The translations under genes were made by a program, and so were the position numbers. 64,000 nt of DNA, taken from Eledone cirrhosa. Taxonomy: Eukaryota. Positions 1 through 14,267 of this stretch are shown in pieces (position 1 is the stretch's first letter; the number at the start of each line of letters is the position of its first letter). The DNA lies in contig OZ024749.1 of the NCBI GenBank assembly GCA_964016885.1, forward strand, positions 18,600,001-18,664,000, written 5' to 3'. The notes beneath the pieces were generated by a model. The model did no database searches. It had not been told where the DNA came from and saw only the letters and a program-made list of their open reading frames with translations.

Positions 1-1175
1 CAGTTCAGCAGCCAGTACATTAAAGAAAATTGATAGTTACAATAAAGGCTGAAGAGAGGACACATTTTTTAACAAACAATAATTTGTACAAACATAATGG
101 AAATTCCAAGTAACAGAAAATATTTAAATTACATTGTTAGAGCCTCAGAGTATACAATATTTTTTTTGTTCATCCCTCCGGAGCAAAGATGAAGAGACTG
201 TTTGGCGAGCTCACTCTAGAGCATCCTACATTCAACTGACCATGGGAGAATCACTGATTTCGTAGCTCGTCTCATTGAGAAGCTCTGTAGATGTTGATCT
301 CTGGACACTCCTGTCAGGAACAGGTAAGCTGTAGTGACTTAGAGGTCTACCACCAATCTCCAGGACACTGTTTTCAAGACAAATGAGCGCCTCATTGAAA
401 ACGACATTGTATGTTACATTTGGATTGTGTCTGCATGTGCGGTGGAGGATGTCCGCAGCTAGACTTTTGCGGTGGTTGTTCCACACTGCGAGAGGGTCGG
501 CGAGATCGCAGTTGTGCAGTATAATAGCAAAAAGTTTTCGCAGCTGAGAAGGGACTTTAGCAGTTGCTGCTTCTTGCAGGGTGAGGTGCCAATTGCTGTC
601 ATTGTGTAACATACCACGCATCTGGCAAGCCAAACATCAACTGGAACATTGATGGCCATTGATGGTTCTCAGATCTTGGAAAGACTGTGGTCCTCTAAAC
701 TCGAACGGTAACAATGACGATAAGCCGTCTGTTCTTTCGTGAAAAAATAGGTTTTTGTTTTTGTGTATGCAAACATATCTGTACACGAATATATATATTA
801 AAATAACAGATTAAAGTTTAAGCAAAGAATCGCTGCTTTCACCCTTAACGGGATCTTCTGAAACTAAAAAAATCAGTCTGTGAACGCAGAAGTAAATATT
901 TCGAAAAACGTTATCTAATGCAGACAGCCAGACATACAGACTAAGAAAAAGAAGGGAATGTTGTGCGACGTCATAAGAAAAAGTGTGTGACATTTGAAAT
1001 TTTAAAGAAACGAATATTTAAATAATGTCTTTAATCTTTTAACAAAATTCAGTAGACAAAAGTACCCTCACTTTTTTACTTGGAAAAAGTGACATCTATG
1101 GAACAAATTTGGTGCAGTCGTTTGGTGGAAAGGGAGTTTGTTACCTACATACGGCTGTCAGCTTTATAGTATAGA
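1..1175 (-). mobile_element. Helitron family A, internally deleted; 5' end at 1175, runs off the left edge
   Basis: Minus strand starts A|TCTATACTATAAAGCTGACAG (Helitron 5' TC after A). ORF 232-633 (ACQMRGMLHND...EAA...PSQLRKLFAIIL...W) matches the conserved block between the Rep and Pif1-helicase domains, homologous to 31529-32014. Confidence 0.75.
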
Positions 1176-1334
1176 TATATATATATATTTATATTTATAT
1201 ATACAACACATATATACAATCAAATGGTATTTACAACATTTGATAGTTTACGATTGTTTCATCCAGATATAATCGTTGGAGGTATAGGTTATAGATATGG
1301 TTATTAATTATAGCAAAATATTATAGCAAGAATA

Positions 1335-1778
1335 TCAATTACAATAGAATTACAGAAGACTCACCTTGCCTATGTACAAAGTGAAAGCTACAGTCATTAG
1401 ACACCTCCTAACCAAATATACACCCCCATCCCACTACCCCTCCCCACCCCCATCTACACCACCCTTTTCTCTGTAAAGTTATGTTAGTACCACAACATCC
1501 AGTCCTAAATAAATGAGGTCGTGTAGGTGTCACGATAAAAAAACACACAGTCCACACTGTAATGTGGCCGTGTAGGTAACACGGTAAAAATCTGCCAGTC
1601 CACACTGTAAACGTGGTTGGTGTTAGGAAGGGCATCCAGCCGTAGAAAACCTGCCATATAGTCCTATACAAGCGAGACACGGTCACCCAATCAATCTTGC
1701 CTCTAGTGGGACAATTCCCGTCCAAACCCATGCAAGCGTGGAAGATGGACGTTAAACGATGACGATGATGATGATGAT
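1335..1778 (+). mobile_element. RTE LINE 3' end (3' UTR and (GAT)n tail), 5'-truncated
   Basis: Colinear with the 3' end of the RTE at 21070-21583 (GTTAGGAAGGGCATCCAGC motif, GGACGTTAAACGATGACGATGATG tail). Confidence 0.85.
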
Positions 1779-2009
1779 ATATATATATATATAGATATAC
1801 ACATACATATATATATATAAATATTTATACATATATATATATACATACATATAAATATCTATGATGGCTGCCCCCTCGTTATCGAGTATGGCCATTGCAC
1901 GAGAAGAAGAAAAAAAAACATAATAATAATAATAATAATAACAACAAGCAATATATATAATCTAAGTAGAATGGTATAATGAAAGCATATAATGTAGGTA
2001 CAGCAGTAT

Positions 2010-3240
2010 TCTCATAAATTACTATAAAGTTAAAGGGGATGCTCTGGAGAGGAGCAATTATAGGGGCATAAAGCTGATGGATCAGGTTATGAAAGTGGCA
2101 GAGAGAATATTAGCGCAACTGATTAGAGGAAGGGTCAATTTAGATGAGATGCAGTTTGGTTTTGTGCCTGGGAAAAGTAGAACAGGATCCCTCTTCATAG
2201 TGAGGCAACTACAAGAGAGGTTCTTAGAGAAGAATAAGCCACTATACTTAGCTTTTGTTGATCTAGAGAAGGCCTTTGACAGGGTACCCCGATCTGTCAT
2301 CTGGTGGTCCCTAAGGAAACTAGGTGTAGAGGAATGGCTTATGAGGACAGTGCAAGCTATGTACAGGGGTACTGTCAGTAAAGTGAGGGTAGGAATGGAG
2401 TTTGGTGAGAAATTCCAGATACAAGTAGGAGTACATCAAGGTTCGGTCCTCAACCCGCTCTTGTTCATTATAGTCCTCCAAGCCATAACAGAGGAGTTTA
2501 AGACTGGATGCCCATGGGAACTTCTCTATGCTGATGATCTGGTTCTTATAGCAGAATCAGTAGAGGAGCTAGCGAATAAATTCTGCCTATAGAAACAGCA
2601 GTTGGAATCAAGAGGACTGAGAGTGAACATAGCTAAAACAAAAGTGTTGATGAGTAGAAAAGAGGACAATACTCTGATTCCATCAGGGAAAATGGCCATG
2701 TTCGATTTGTGGGAAAGGAACTGGCATAAATTCCATAAAATGTACACAATGCAGAATAAGGACGGGTTGGAAGAGGTTTAGGGAGCTGCTTTCTCTGTTG
2801 AGTTTCTCCCTGGATACGAAAGGACGGTTGTATGATGCCTGTGTGAGATGTGCGATGCTGCATGGTAGTAAGACATGGGCAGCAACTGCAAAGGATATGT
2901 GACGGTTGGAGAGAAATGAAGCATGCATGCTCCGTTGGATGTGCAATGTCAATGTGCGTGAACGACCAAGCATAGATGAGTTGAGAAAGAAACTGGGTAT
3001 AAGAAGGATAAGTTGTGGTGTGCAGGAGAGAAGACTGAGATGGTATGGACATGCGATGCGCATGGAGAATGACCGCTGGGTAAAGAATTGCCAAGAAATC
3101 CCAGCAGAAGGAAGACGCAGAAGAGGTAGACCACGAAAAACATGGGCGGAGGTGGTGAGAGAGAAGACATCAGATCGCTGAAATTCACCAAGAAGATGAC
3201 GGAGGACCGTGACAACTGGAGAGATGGTTTCAACAAGATT
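2010..3240 (+). mobile_element. RTE LINE reverse-transcriptase fragment, degenerate
   Basis: ORFs 2077-2592 (FVDLEKAFD, GVHQGS, LYADD) and 2906-3181 (RLRWYGH, RGRPRKTW), with stops and an internal deletion through the PHD-like region. Confidence 0.92.
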
Positions 3241-3339
3241 GGGTGGTGAAAGTTATAGTTTTTGTAGTAGAATCTCATCACATACTTATATCTAATCACA
3301 TAAGGTTCCTTCAAAGACTCTTCTAGAGTTACAAAGTCA

Positions 3340-3646
3340 TTTATATATATTGTGTGTTTTGAACAATGAAAATAAAACTAGAGACAAAGATATGTTCTTA
3401 ATTAGTTCATTGTTTTACGATCATTTCAGAGGTTTGATTGATCATGGTAGATTAATATATTGACAAACAGGTAGTTGTTATGTCACTAACTATTTCTAGT
3501 CTCAAAATCCCTGATCAATCACACCGTAACAATATATTGATTTACCATGATCAATCAACCCTCTGAAACGATCGTAAAACAATGAACCATATCTCAGACT
3601 TTTGTTTTATTTTCAATGTTCAATACCCACAAACACACATATATAA
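3340..3646. repeat. Old imperfect inverted repeat, probable PLE pseudo-LTR remnant with decayed hammerhead
   Basis: 3345-3462 is an approximate reverse complement of 3530-3645. Contains GAAACGATCGTA at 3565-3576, the same stem III as the 11.1 kb hammerhead, and CTGATCA at 3511. Confidence 0.5.
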
Positions 3647-3649
3647 TTG

Positions 3650-4745
3650 ACAATTTCTTTGGAATAATTGATGAGACTTGTGGCTGGAACAAAGTACCAG
3701 CCAGACAGAGGGTGACCTAGTGGTGAAACAGCACAGTAGATAGAGCTATTAACCCTGTAGCATTTACATTACACACACACATATAATTGACATTCTCTTT
3801 GGAATTACTGATGAAACTTGTTAGTGACACAACTACAAGAGAGGTTCCTAGCCAAAATTAAGCTGCAATATTGAGCTTTTACAGATCTACTAAAGGCCTT
3901 TGGCAGAGTACCTCACTCTGTTATCTGGTGGTCCTTCAGAAATTTAGGTGTAGAAGAATGGCTTGTGAGAGCAGTGCAAGCCATGTACAGAGGAGCTGTC
4001 ACCGTAAAGTGAGAGTAGGAAGGGAGTTTAGTGAAGAGTTCAATGTACAGGTAGGTGTTCATCATGGTTCAGTTCACAACCCACTGCTGTTCATCATAGT
4101 TCTTCAGGCCATAACCAATGGGTTTAAGACTGGCTGTTCATGGGAAACAGTCTATGTGAATGATCTGGTCCTTATAGCTGACTCCATAAAAGAACTAGAG
4201 AATAAGTGACCCTACTGCATATGTAGAAAAGGAGTAGGCATAAACTGAACACAATGATAGCTTCCGCTATCTAGGTAACCTAATTAGTAGTGGAGGAGGG
4301 TGCTTCGTAAGAGAGGATAGGTTTGAAATTTAGAGAGCTACTTCCACTGTTGGCAAATAACGGTTTCTCCCTATGTACAAAAATGTTGGCTGTACAATGC
4401 CTGTGTGTAAAGTGCAATACTGCATGGAAGTGAAACATGGGCAGTAACTGCAGAAGCTGGAGAGAAATGGAGCGACCATGCTTTGTTGGATGTGCAACGT
4501 AAATGTGAGAGGAAGACAGAGCTTGGATAAATTGGACTTCAGAGGAAACCAAAGTGGTGTGCAAGAGAATACCAGAGGAGGGAAGCCATACTAGAGGTAG
4601 ACCAAGGAAGATCTCAAATTTCTGAGACTCACAGAGGAGATAACAAAGGAACAAGCGAGTGGGGAGATGTTGTGCTTAAAAGAACCCATCCAACCTATGC
4701 CAGGATTGTAAAACGGACATAAAACTATGATGATGACGTAGATGA
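3650..4745 (+). mobile_element. Highly degenerate RTE LINE fragments
   Basis: ORF 3871-4209 contains VQVGVHHGSVHNPLLFIIVLQAIT...KTGCSWE, homologous to 2077-2592. An RTE-type tail lies at 4685-4745. Confidence 0.8.
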
Positions 4746-4799
4746 AGTAAATTAAATCAAAATAGATTTAGACTAAAATGAACAAAACTTCCCTGAAAC

Positions 4800-5003
4800 A
4801 ACAAGGTACAGCTAAATATAAAATATATTTTATAATGTAAGGTAGTGAACCACATAATTAAATAGATGGAGGTAATTTAAATAATAAAAATATCTTTAAT
4901 TTACTTAAAGCAATGACAAGGTACAGCTAAATATAAACTATATTTTATAATGTAAGGTAGTGAACAAGATAATTAAATAGATGGAGGTATTTTAAATAAT
5001 AAA
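4800..5003. repeat. Local tandem duplication, about 115-bp period
   Basis: ACAAGGTACAGCTAAATATAAA...AATAGATGGAGGTA occurs at 4801 and 4916. Confidence 0.85.
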
Positions 5004-5825
5004 GTCAGTCATGATAACAATATATTATATATCACATGTAACAGTGGAATCTGGTTAAATACTGGATCGTTGAAGAGTTCACGTAATTATATTATTTACA
5101 CACATTAATAGAGACATTAAGTAAATCTTTGTCAACTTACCTCCTTCAGATATAATCAATGTGTTGTGTTGTTAGTTTTTACTAAACAACCAAAGAAATA
5201 ATCTCTTTGTTATCAAAGATGTTATCAGCTTTATTTCACGACATTAACGTTGGTGTATCTTCTTCATCTTTAGTCATAAATTGATATCTTGTCAGAATGA
5301 AGTAGTGAGGCTGAGCTTCTGTCTTTAGCCAGAGATTTGATAGGAAATATATATATATTAGGTTCGTATGTGGTCTAAAATATATATATATTGTCTATAA
5401 ATGACCGATAACAGATGTTCTTGTGAAATAGTAGTTTTACTAGTACAGATTGTAATGGAACTCTTAGTAGACACAATTGTAAAGTAAGAATAGATATGAC
5501 AGTGTAAGACTGATGTCAGGGAATGAAAATTATATGAGTATATATATATATAATTGTTACACAAGATATAATTTGATTAATTAAAGTTACAATGAAGACA
5601 GCAGGTACACGGTGTCGTTGGGAATGTTTCAACTCTGTTATCGGTATCATACGTTAAAAGTCCCTGATATAATTTAATACATTCAGACACATTTCCAATC
5701 GTATTTAATTTATTGTAAATCAGAAAGTATCACTCAGTAAAATATCAATTATATTTCAATAAGAAAACCTCTACGTAGTCTCTCTAACTGCTAGAAATAA
5801 CAGTGATATTATCCATTACAACTTA
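4975..5825 (-). promoter_or_regulatory. Paralogous copy of a putative ZF-gene first exon/promoter block, probably serving a ZF gene left of the window
   Basis: Near-colinear with 25730-26620. Strong donor GAG|GTAAGT on the minus strand at 5141/5140. Confidence 0.55.
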
Positions 5826-5978
5826 GTTTTTTTGTTTAAAATCTCCAAAGTTTAGTTATATCAAAAGCAAGCCTTTTGTACAGACTTTGGAATAAACTTG
5901 TATATATGTATATATATATATATATATAAAATAAAGTTAAATAAAAAGTCAAATGTTTAAAATTTAGCTTCGTTTATT

Positions 5979-6033
5979 ACTGCTATATATATTTCAGTGA
6001 CAGCCATCTTTGGCTGTGACCTCTTCAGGCAGT
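5979..6033 (-). ncRNA. Type I hammerhead ribozyme (inverted-arm copy)
   Basis: Reverse complement of 9587-9641. Confidence 0.8.
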
Positions 6034-9000
6034 CCGAATTAGTGTGGTATAGACAAGTACATATGTTGTTGAGGTGTATAATTTTGTCAATACTCTGGTA
6101 TGTCCAGTTCCTGGTTAGGTTGTTATTTCTCTGAGGAACTGGAATAATATGAATTCAAACAAACGAATTTCAGTGTCAAAGGGCCCCTTCTCCTCTCATT
6201 GGTCAGTTGTTAGAACATTCCTCATTCTAAGTGTTGTTATTGTTGGAGTTAGCTTAAAAAATTGATAAAGTGGTAGAAGGAACAAGGTGGTAAAGGAACA
6301 AAACAAAAAAAAGGGTGTCAAACTTCCCATTGGTCAGTTTTGAGAGCATTCCTCAGTCAGAAGTCTATAGAATTCTTTCTGGGGTGAGGCTCCCTGTAGT
6401 GTTTGTGTTTGCTATTGTTAAGTACATTTGACCTCTACCATTATTTCTGTAGTGTTGTTGGTGTTGTGGTCAGCTTATGTCTTGCTGCTGCTGACAATTT
6501 AGAAGTATCTGTGTGTGTTTTTTTCTTCATCCCTCCTGTCACCATCTCTCATAGTGGTGGTGGTGGGGGGGTTCTTCCATGTATATGAAGAAATATAAGG
6601 CAATAAATGAAGAAAACAGAAAATAAATAATAAATAGAGAATAAAGAATAAATGAAAAATTGGTGAAAAAGTAATGAAAATGAATATGGAGAAGTGAAAA
6701 ATAAAATGAAGATTCAAATAAAGTAGGATGAAGTGTGTGTGTGCTATAACCAATCTCAAGGTCAGAAATATGTTGGATAGATTGGTATGAGGAACAAGAT
6801 GTTAAAATAAGATAATCAATCTCAACTTAAAAATAAATATAAGGTGATACAGTGAAGAGGGCAGAAAACAAATAACAAATTAATAAAGACAAATCAAGAT
6901 TTAAAATTGGAACTTGAAAATCAGAAATCAAGTAAATTAAAATGTGTTTGTGTTATATAGATGTTGGCCAAATTATAATGGCTGTGTCCGATTCAATCTC
7001 TAGGCTATCATGGTGTCTGCTCAGCCTGGGTTGTTCCCTATGGCTTGAGGGGAGTTCACAACCTAGGGTGTTGTTACTGCCCATATAGCTTGAGGGAGGT
7101 CTGGCCGAGAGGTGTTTACATGTTCTGTAGAAGTCCCTATAGCTTGAGGGTAGTTCACATCTTCTTGTGTTGCTACTGTCCATATATCTTGAGGAAGGTC
7201 CCTGCTCTAAGGTTTATCACGCCGCTTCCACCTCTTAGTATGTCGAGGGTCTCGTTCATCATAGTTTGCATATGCAAGATCCCCCTTTATCGGGTGGTAC
7301 TTTCCTGATTATGTACCAGGCCAGAGAGTATGGGGTCCTGTCCAGCTTAAGCTTCCAGATCAGGTCGGAGAGAGCTGTGCTTTTCCTTTTGGCCTCCTTA
7401 TTGGCGATGTTTGTACCAGCGGTCTTTAAAGCTCGTTGATGTGGCTCCTGACGACCCCAACCGCAGGACACGTAGGACCACTCCACGATAGATCTCTAAG
7501 CGCGGGCAACGACCACCCCACAGATTCGGGCCGTGAAGATAACAAAAAGCATAGCGCCCAAAGGGGAAGCAACAGTGCGGGAACCACCAGCAACCCAACA
7601 AATCTCCAACAAATCACGATGCCCCCGACCCACACATATAGGAGACACCGAAAAATCATGTGGTACAACCCACCCTACTCAGCGGCCCGATCATTATTTG
7701 GAGCACTTGATAAATGCTTCCCGAGGGACCATAGATACCACAGGATCTTCAACAGACACACTGTGAAGCTCTCGTATTCCACCACGAGAAATCTGGCCCA
7801 ACGCATAGCTAACATCAACAGGAGTAGGCTTAAAAACCACACACAACCAGAAGATGACAATACAAGCACTCAGCAGAACCATGTGAAAGGAGGGAAGGGG
7901 GGACCCAGAACCCACCCAAGAAACCCAAACAGACCCGGGGACCCCCCACCGTGCCTGGGGGAAGACCAACATATAACACATAACGAGAACCCTAATCTAG
8001 GCACGCAGAGGTCGACCACCCTCTGCAACTGCAGAAACACCGAATCATGCCCCCTTGGTAATGAATATCTCAAGAAGAACCTAGTGTACAGTTGTAGGGT
8101 TAAAACCCCCAACTCCGAACACCTCTACATAGGAGCCACATCAACGAGCTTTAAAGACCGCTGGTACAACCATCGCCATTCATTCAATAAGGAGGCCAAA
8201 AGGAAAAGCACGGCTCTCTCCGACCTGATCTGGAGGCTTAAGCTGGACAGGACCCCGTACTCTCTGGCCTGGTACATAATCAGGAAAGTACCACCCGATA
8301 AAGGGGATCTTGCATATGCAAACTATGCCTGAACGAGACCCTCGAGATACTAAGAGGTGGAAGCGGCCTGATAAACCTCAGAACCGACTTCTTCGGGACA
8401 TGCAGACACCTTAGAGCCGGGACCTTCCTCAAGATATATGGACAGTAGCAACACAAGAAGATGTGAACTCCCCTCAAGCTATAGGGACTTCTACAGAACA
8501 TGTAAACACCTCTCGGCCAGACCTCCCTCAAGCTATATGGGCAGTAACAACACCCTAGGTTGTGAACTCCCCTCAAGCCATAGGGAACAACCCAGGCTGA
8601 GCAGACACCATGATAGCCTAGAGATTGAATCGGACACAGCCATTATAATTTGGCCAACATCTATATAACACAAACACATTTTAATTTACTTGATTTCTGA
8701 TTTTCAAGTTCCAATTTTAAATCTTGATTTGTCTTTATTAATTTGTTATTTGTTTTCTGCCCTCTTCACTGTATCACCTTATATTTATTTTTAAGTTGAG
8801 ATTGATTATCTTATTTTAACATCTTGTTCCTCATACCAATCTATCCAACATATTTCTGACCTTGAGATTGGTTATAGCACACACACACTTCATCCTACTT
8901 TATTTGAATCTTCATTTTATTTTTCACTTCTCCATATTCATTTTCATTACTTTTTCACCAATTTTTCATTTATTCTTTATTCTCTATTTATTATTTATTT

Positions 9001-9586
9001 TCTGTTTTCTTCATTTATTGCCTTATATTTCTTCATATACATGGAAGAACCCCCCCACCACCACCACTATGAGAGATGGTGACAGGAGGGATGAAGAAAA
9101 AACACACACAGATACTTCTAAATTGTCAGCAGCAGCAAGACATAAGCTGACCACAACACCAACAACACTACGGAAATAATGGTAGAGGTCAAATGTACTT
9201 AACAATAGCAAACACAAACACTACAGGGAGCCTCACCCCAGAAAGAATTCTATAGACTTCTGACTGAGGAATGCTCTCAAAACTGACCAATGGGAAGTTT
9301 GACACCCTTTTTTTTGTTTTGTTCCTTTACCACCTTGTTCCTTCTACCACTTTATCAATTTTTTAAGCTAACTCCAACAATAACAACACTTAGAATGAGG
9401 AATGTTCTAACAACTGACCAATGAGAGGAGAAGAGGCCCTTTGACACTGAAATTCGTTTGTTTGAATTCATATTATTCCAGTTCCTCAGAGAAATAACAA
9501 CCTAACCAGGAACTGGACATATCAGAGTATTGACAAAATTATACACCTCAACAACATATGTACTTGTCTATACCACACTAATTCGG

Positions 9587-9641
9587 ACTGCCTGAAGAGG
9601 TCACAGCCAAAGATGGCTGTCACTGAAATATATATAGCAGT
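9587..9641 (+). ncRNA. Type I hammerhead ribozyme in PLE pLTR
   Basis: ACTGC-CTGAAGA-GGTCACAGCC(AAAGAT)GGCTGTCACT-GAAA-TATATA-TA-GCAGT: stem I, core, stem II hairpin and palindromic stem III. Confidence 0.82.
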
Positions 9642-10103
9642 AATAAACGAAGCTAAATTTTAAACATTTGACTTTTTATTTAACTTTATTTTACTTTACT
9701 CCAGACTAACCAAACCAACCTGCGCACTTCGTCGAGTGCTCCAGCCTGCATACTGAGGTGTTGGTATACAACCAACATATACTCAAAATCTATATATATA
9801 TATGTAGATAAATCTACCAATCCGTATGAAGAACTCAATGTAATCCAAATATAGAAGATATCATGAAAAGAGAAAATGCATTCAAAAATTAATGATAAAA
9901 ATCCTAGGAAAACGGAGTCATGATAAATTAATAAAAACAATGAAATAAAAACAAAGAACAGGTTCCTTATATTGAAAAATTCATCATTTTACAATCGTTT
10001 CTGGGATATATATTTGTGTGTGTTGGTATGTAAATCATGTTAAAGATCTATGTAAAAAAATATTACAAATTATCAGAGGAGATATATATACCTTCACATA
10101 TAC

Positions 10104-10170
10104 AGAATCAGTTCCCATCCCACGCTTGCAAGCAGGGAAAAGCGGACGTAAAATGAAATGATGATGATGA
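10104..10170 (+). mobile_element. Isolated SINE/RTE 3' tail
   Basis: CAGAATCAGTTCCC...GCAAGCAGGGAAAAGCGGACGTAAAATG...GAT, matching the tail of the 11.5-11.8 kb SINE. Confidence 0.8.
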
Positions 10171-11035
10171 TAACTTACAGAGTTAAAATTATATTACCAT
10201 GAAACTTGCATTACATACACTCACAATCTAATCACCCTAGATCTATCCTTAAAAACCTAGCATATAATATCTCACTCAGAATCTCTAACCTTTCATCAAA
10301 GCAATTACTAATTATAATTACTTATCAAAATAGCAGATATGAGTGTAAGTTATGCTCCCAAGAACTATTTGAAATCATGAAATCTAATGATATCCTATTA
10401 AATAAGCGACAGGAGTTAATTATATCATGCAATCATAGAATTAGAAAAACCGTCAAATATTATAAACTTAATTAATATATACCTCACTCTTATATTTTAC
10501 AAATTATTATAATATAAAAAAATTTTTTTAATTTAGTTAACTTATAATTAGAAATTTACTACAGAGAATTTCATAACTTTATTTCCCTCTTACAGCTCAC
10601 TTTACCTAAAGTTATCTTTAACCTCACTACTTCTTTTAACTGCATCCCCTATTTATCACATTTAATACATAGGATTATTAAATATAAGTAATATCTTTAA
10701 TATTATGGATGTTTAGGTAGATACACTGCTTTTTATAAAATTTTATCTATTTCAGTTTTTCTATATATATTTTTTATTTTTTTTATTTTTTTACTTCTTT
10801 ATTTATCACATTCATAAGAATTAATATAATTTTAACTCTGTAAGTATACCTATCAATTAATTTAATTTCCTTTTATGTATCTAGGTTCCTTGAAATTTAA
10901 ATAGGATTAGTATTTCTCACTAACACTCTCATCCCACAAATTCTTTTCCCTTTGCTTTTAACAGCATTTTTTAATAACATCAAATTCCCAAACAGACTTT
11001 TTATATTAATACTTTGTTTCTTTCAATAAACATAC

Positions 11036-11178
11036 TTCATCATTTCTGAAGATGGCATATATAGGTGAAGGTATATATATCTCCTCTGATAATTTGTAAT
11101 ATTTTTTTACATAGATCTTTAACATGATTTACATACCAACACACATATATATCCCAGAAACGATCGTAAAATGATGAA
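11036..11178 (+). ncRNA. Type I hammerhead with about 104-nt expanded stem II
   Basis: 10-bp stem I TTCATCATTT/AAATGATGAA, CTGAAGA at 11046, stem II base TGGCATATAT...ATATATCCCA, then GAAA-CGATCG-TA. Confidence 0.78.
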
Positions 11179-11368
11179 TTTTTCAATATAAGGAACCTGT
11201 TCTTTGTTTTTATTTCATTGTTTTTATTAATTTATCTTGACTTTGTTTTCCTAGGATTTTTATCGTTTATTTTTGAATGCATTTTCTCTTTTCATATCTT
11301 CTATATTTGGATTACATTGAGTTCTTCATACGGATTGGACACTACCGTTTATTTTGGTAGATTTATCT

Positions 11369-11412
<44 letters not shown>

Positions 11413-11511
11413 TTTTTTTAATAAATATTTGCTGGATGGTTTTATGTATTTGATATATATTTATCCTTATCGAGCCCTCTTCAGATTTTAGTCTTCCCAT
11501 TTATTAGTATT

Positions 11512-11845
11512 ATCATCATCATCATCATTTTACGTCCGCTTTTCCCTGCTTGCAAGGGTGGGACGGGAACTGATTCTGGCTTGATTTCTTCAGCTGGATG
11601 CCCTTCCTAACACCAACCTCATTTACAGTGAGTGGTGGGTGCTTTTTTGCCGTGGCCCCTCCACGACCACTTTGCAGTGGAATGATATGGACCCCAGTCC
11701 CTATCATCTCATTTCTACAGTTGAGTAAACTGGAGCAATGTGAAATAAAGCGTCTTGCTCAAGGAAACAACACATCACCCGGTCTGAGAATTGAACTCAC
11801 AACCTTTCGATTGCAAGGTCTAACCACTAAGCCATGTGCCTCCCT
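11512..11845 (-). mobile_element. tRNA-derived SINE with CORE-like central domain and RTE-type 3' tail
   Basis: A box TGGCTTAGTGG, B box GAGTTCAATTCT, TCCTTGAGCAAGAC...CTCAACTG central block, and GGACGTAAAATGATGATG tail. Confidence 0.85.
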
Positions 11846-11847
11846 AT

Positions 11848-11927
<80 letters not shown>

Positions 11928-12092
11928 AGCTAGTCCTTCATCAGTGATCTTCCAACCATCATTGGTATTTCATCACTTTAAAGACCATAGACCTCCTGTT
12001 GGTGCAAGCAACGGCTAAAAAAAGTTGTTGGGACACGTAAATAAAGGGAACAGCGATAGTGTAAACAAACAAAGATGGTGAAACAACGAAAA

Positions 12093-12134
<42 letters not shown>

Positions 12135-12249
12135 AGTGTTTGTAAATTCTGTACCATACAGTTTTGTCAGCACAAGTCTTGGTTACAACTTCTACAAATA
12201 AAATTAAAGGAGAAGAATTTCAGAATAAACAAGTTTTATTCAAAATATT

Positions 12250-13235
<986 letters not shown>

Positions 13236-14267
13236 TCAGTGATATGGCTTGTCTCCTGTATGTAAACGTTTGTGTCTAGTTAAGTTAATACTTGTAAAGA
13301 ATGATTTACCACAGATATCACAGTGATATGGCTTGTCTCTTGTATGTAAACATTTGTGCCTAATTAAACTACTACGTTGAGAGAATGATTTACCACAGAT
13401 ATCACAGTGGTATGGTTTCTCACCTCTATGTATACGTTTGTGTCTAGTTAAGGTGGTACTATCAGAGAATGATTTACCACAGATATCACAGTGGTATGGC
13501 TTATCTCCTGTATGTATACGTTTGTGTCTAATTAAGGCACTACCATCAGAGAATGATTTCCCACAGATATCACAGTGGTATGGCTTGTCTCCTGTATGGG
13601 TACGTAAGTGTTTAGTTAATGTATCACTTTGAGGAAATGTTTTACCACAGATATCGCAGTGATATGGCTTGTCTCCGGTATGTATACGTTTGTGAGTAGT
13701 TAATGTACTACTTCGAGAGAATGATTTACCACAGATATCACAGTCATGTGGTTTGTCTCCTGTATGTACACGTTTGTGTCTAATTAAGGTACTACCATCA
13801 GAGAATGATTTCCTACAGATATCACAGAGGTATGGCTTGTCTCCTGTATGGGTACGTTTGTGAGTAGTTAATGTATCACTTCGAGGGAACGATTTACCAC
13901 AGATATCACAGGGATATGGCTTCTCACCTGTATGGGTACGTTTGTGAGTAGTTAAGTGACTACTTCCAGAGAATGATTTACCACAGATATCGCAGTGGTA
14001 TGGTTTCTCACCTGTATGGGTACGTATGTGTTTAATTAAAGAATCTGATGCAGCAAATGAGTTGTTACAGATATCACAGTAATATGGCTTGTCTCCTGTA
14101 TGTATACGTTTGTGTCTAGTTAAGGCACTACTTTGAGAGAATGATTTACCACAGGTATCACAGTGATATGGCTTCTCTTCTCTAGGCGTTGGCATCTCTT
14201 CTGGAATAGCCATATCTTTAGACAATGTTTCACATTTAATCTTCTTTTCACTCAATTTATTTTCCAT
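13236..14267 (-). CDS. Tandem C2H2 zinc-finger protein, 343 aa, 11 fingers
   Basis: 11 CxxC-12x-HxxxH fingers with TG[DE]KP linkers. A splice acceptor TTTCTTTCTTATTTCAG lies upstream at 14646-14662. Confidence 0.93.
   Translation of the reverse strand: MENKLSEKKIKCETLSKDMAIPEEMPTPREEKPYHCDTCGKSFSQSSALTRHKRIHTGDKPYYCDICNNSFAASDSLIKHIRTHTGEKPYHCDICGKSFSGSSHLTTHKRTHTGEKPYPCDICGKSFPRSDTLTTHKRTHTGDKPYLCDICRKSFSDGSTLIRHKRVHTGDKPHDCDICGKSFSRSSTLTTHKRIHTGDKPYHCDICGKTFPQSDTLTKHLRTHTGDKPYHCDICGKSFSDGSALIRHKRIHTGDKPYHCDICGKSFSDSTTLTRHKRIHRGEKPYHCDICGKSFSQRSSLIRHKCLHTRDKPYHCDICGKSFFTSINLTRHKRLHTGDKPYH

Larger units (their letters stand above)
5928..9790 (+). mobile_element. Penelope-like element, 5'-truncated, with inverted 5' copy of its 3' end (probably Hydra-type clade)
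   Basis: ORF 7436-8332 has WYNPPY, KLSYS, CNCRNTESCPL and LVY...YIG (GIY-YIG). 5928-7449 is the reverse complement of 8131-9693. Both ends sit in (TA)n. Confidence 0.9.
9800..11510 (+). mobile_element. Internally deleted PLE with inverted 5' pLTR
   Basis: ORF 10206-10475 joins SNHP...ISLRISNLSS to the C-terminal CKLC...LLNKRQE...CNH. About 9800-10100 is the reverse complement of about 11060-11370. Confidence 0.8.

Noticed and set aside
1225-1330. GAAACAATCGTA half-hammerhead on the minus strand
   Set aside because: No CUGANGA box found; probably truncated by the adjacent RTE, so not called.
7436-8332. TGA-terminated PLE ORF as a possible selenoprotein (Naiad-type)
   Set aside because: The endonuclease is C-terminal, and the TGA follows a frameshift; CICKLCLNE continues in another frame.
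6403-9217. Identical hydrophobic ORFs on opposite strands (also 51911/57078 and 43531/44670)
   Set aside because: By-products of inverted pLTR arms in AT-rich UTRs; no recognisable domains.
11770-11845. tRNA-like sequences here and at 24390-24455 and 27104-27190
   Set aside because: Only A/B boxes of SINE heads; no full cloverleaf.
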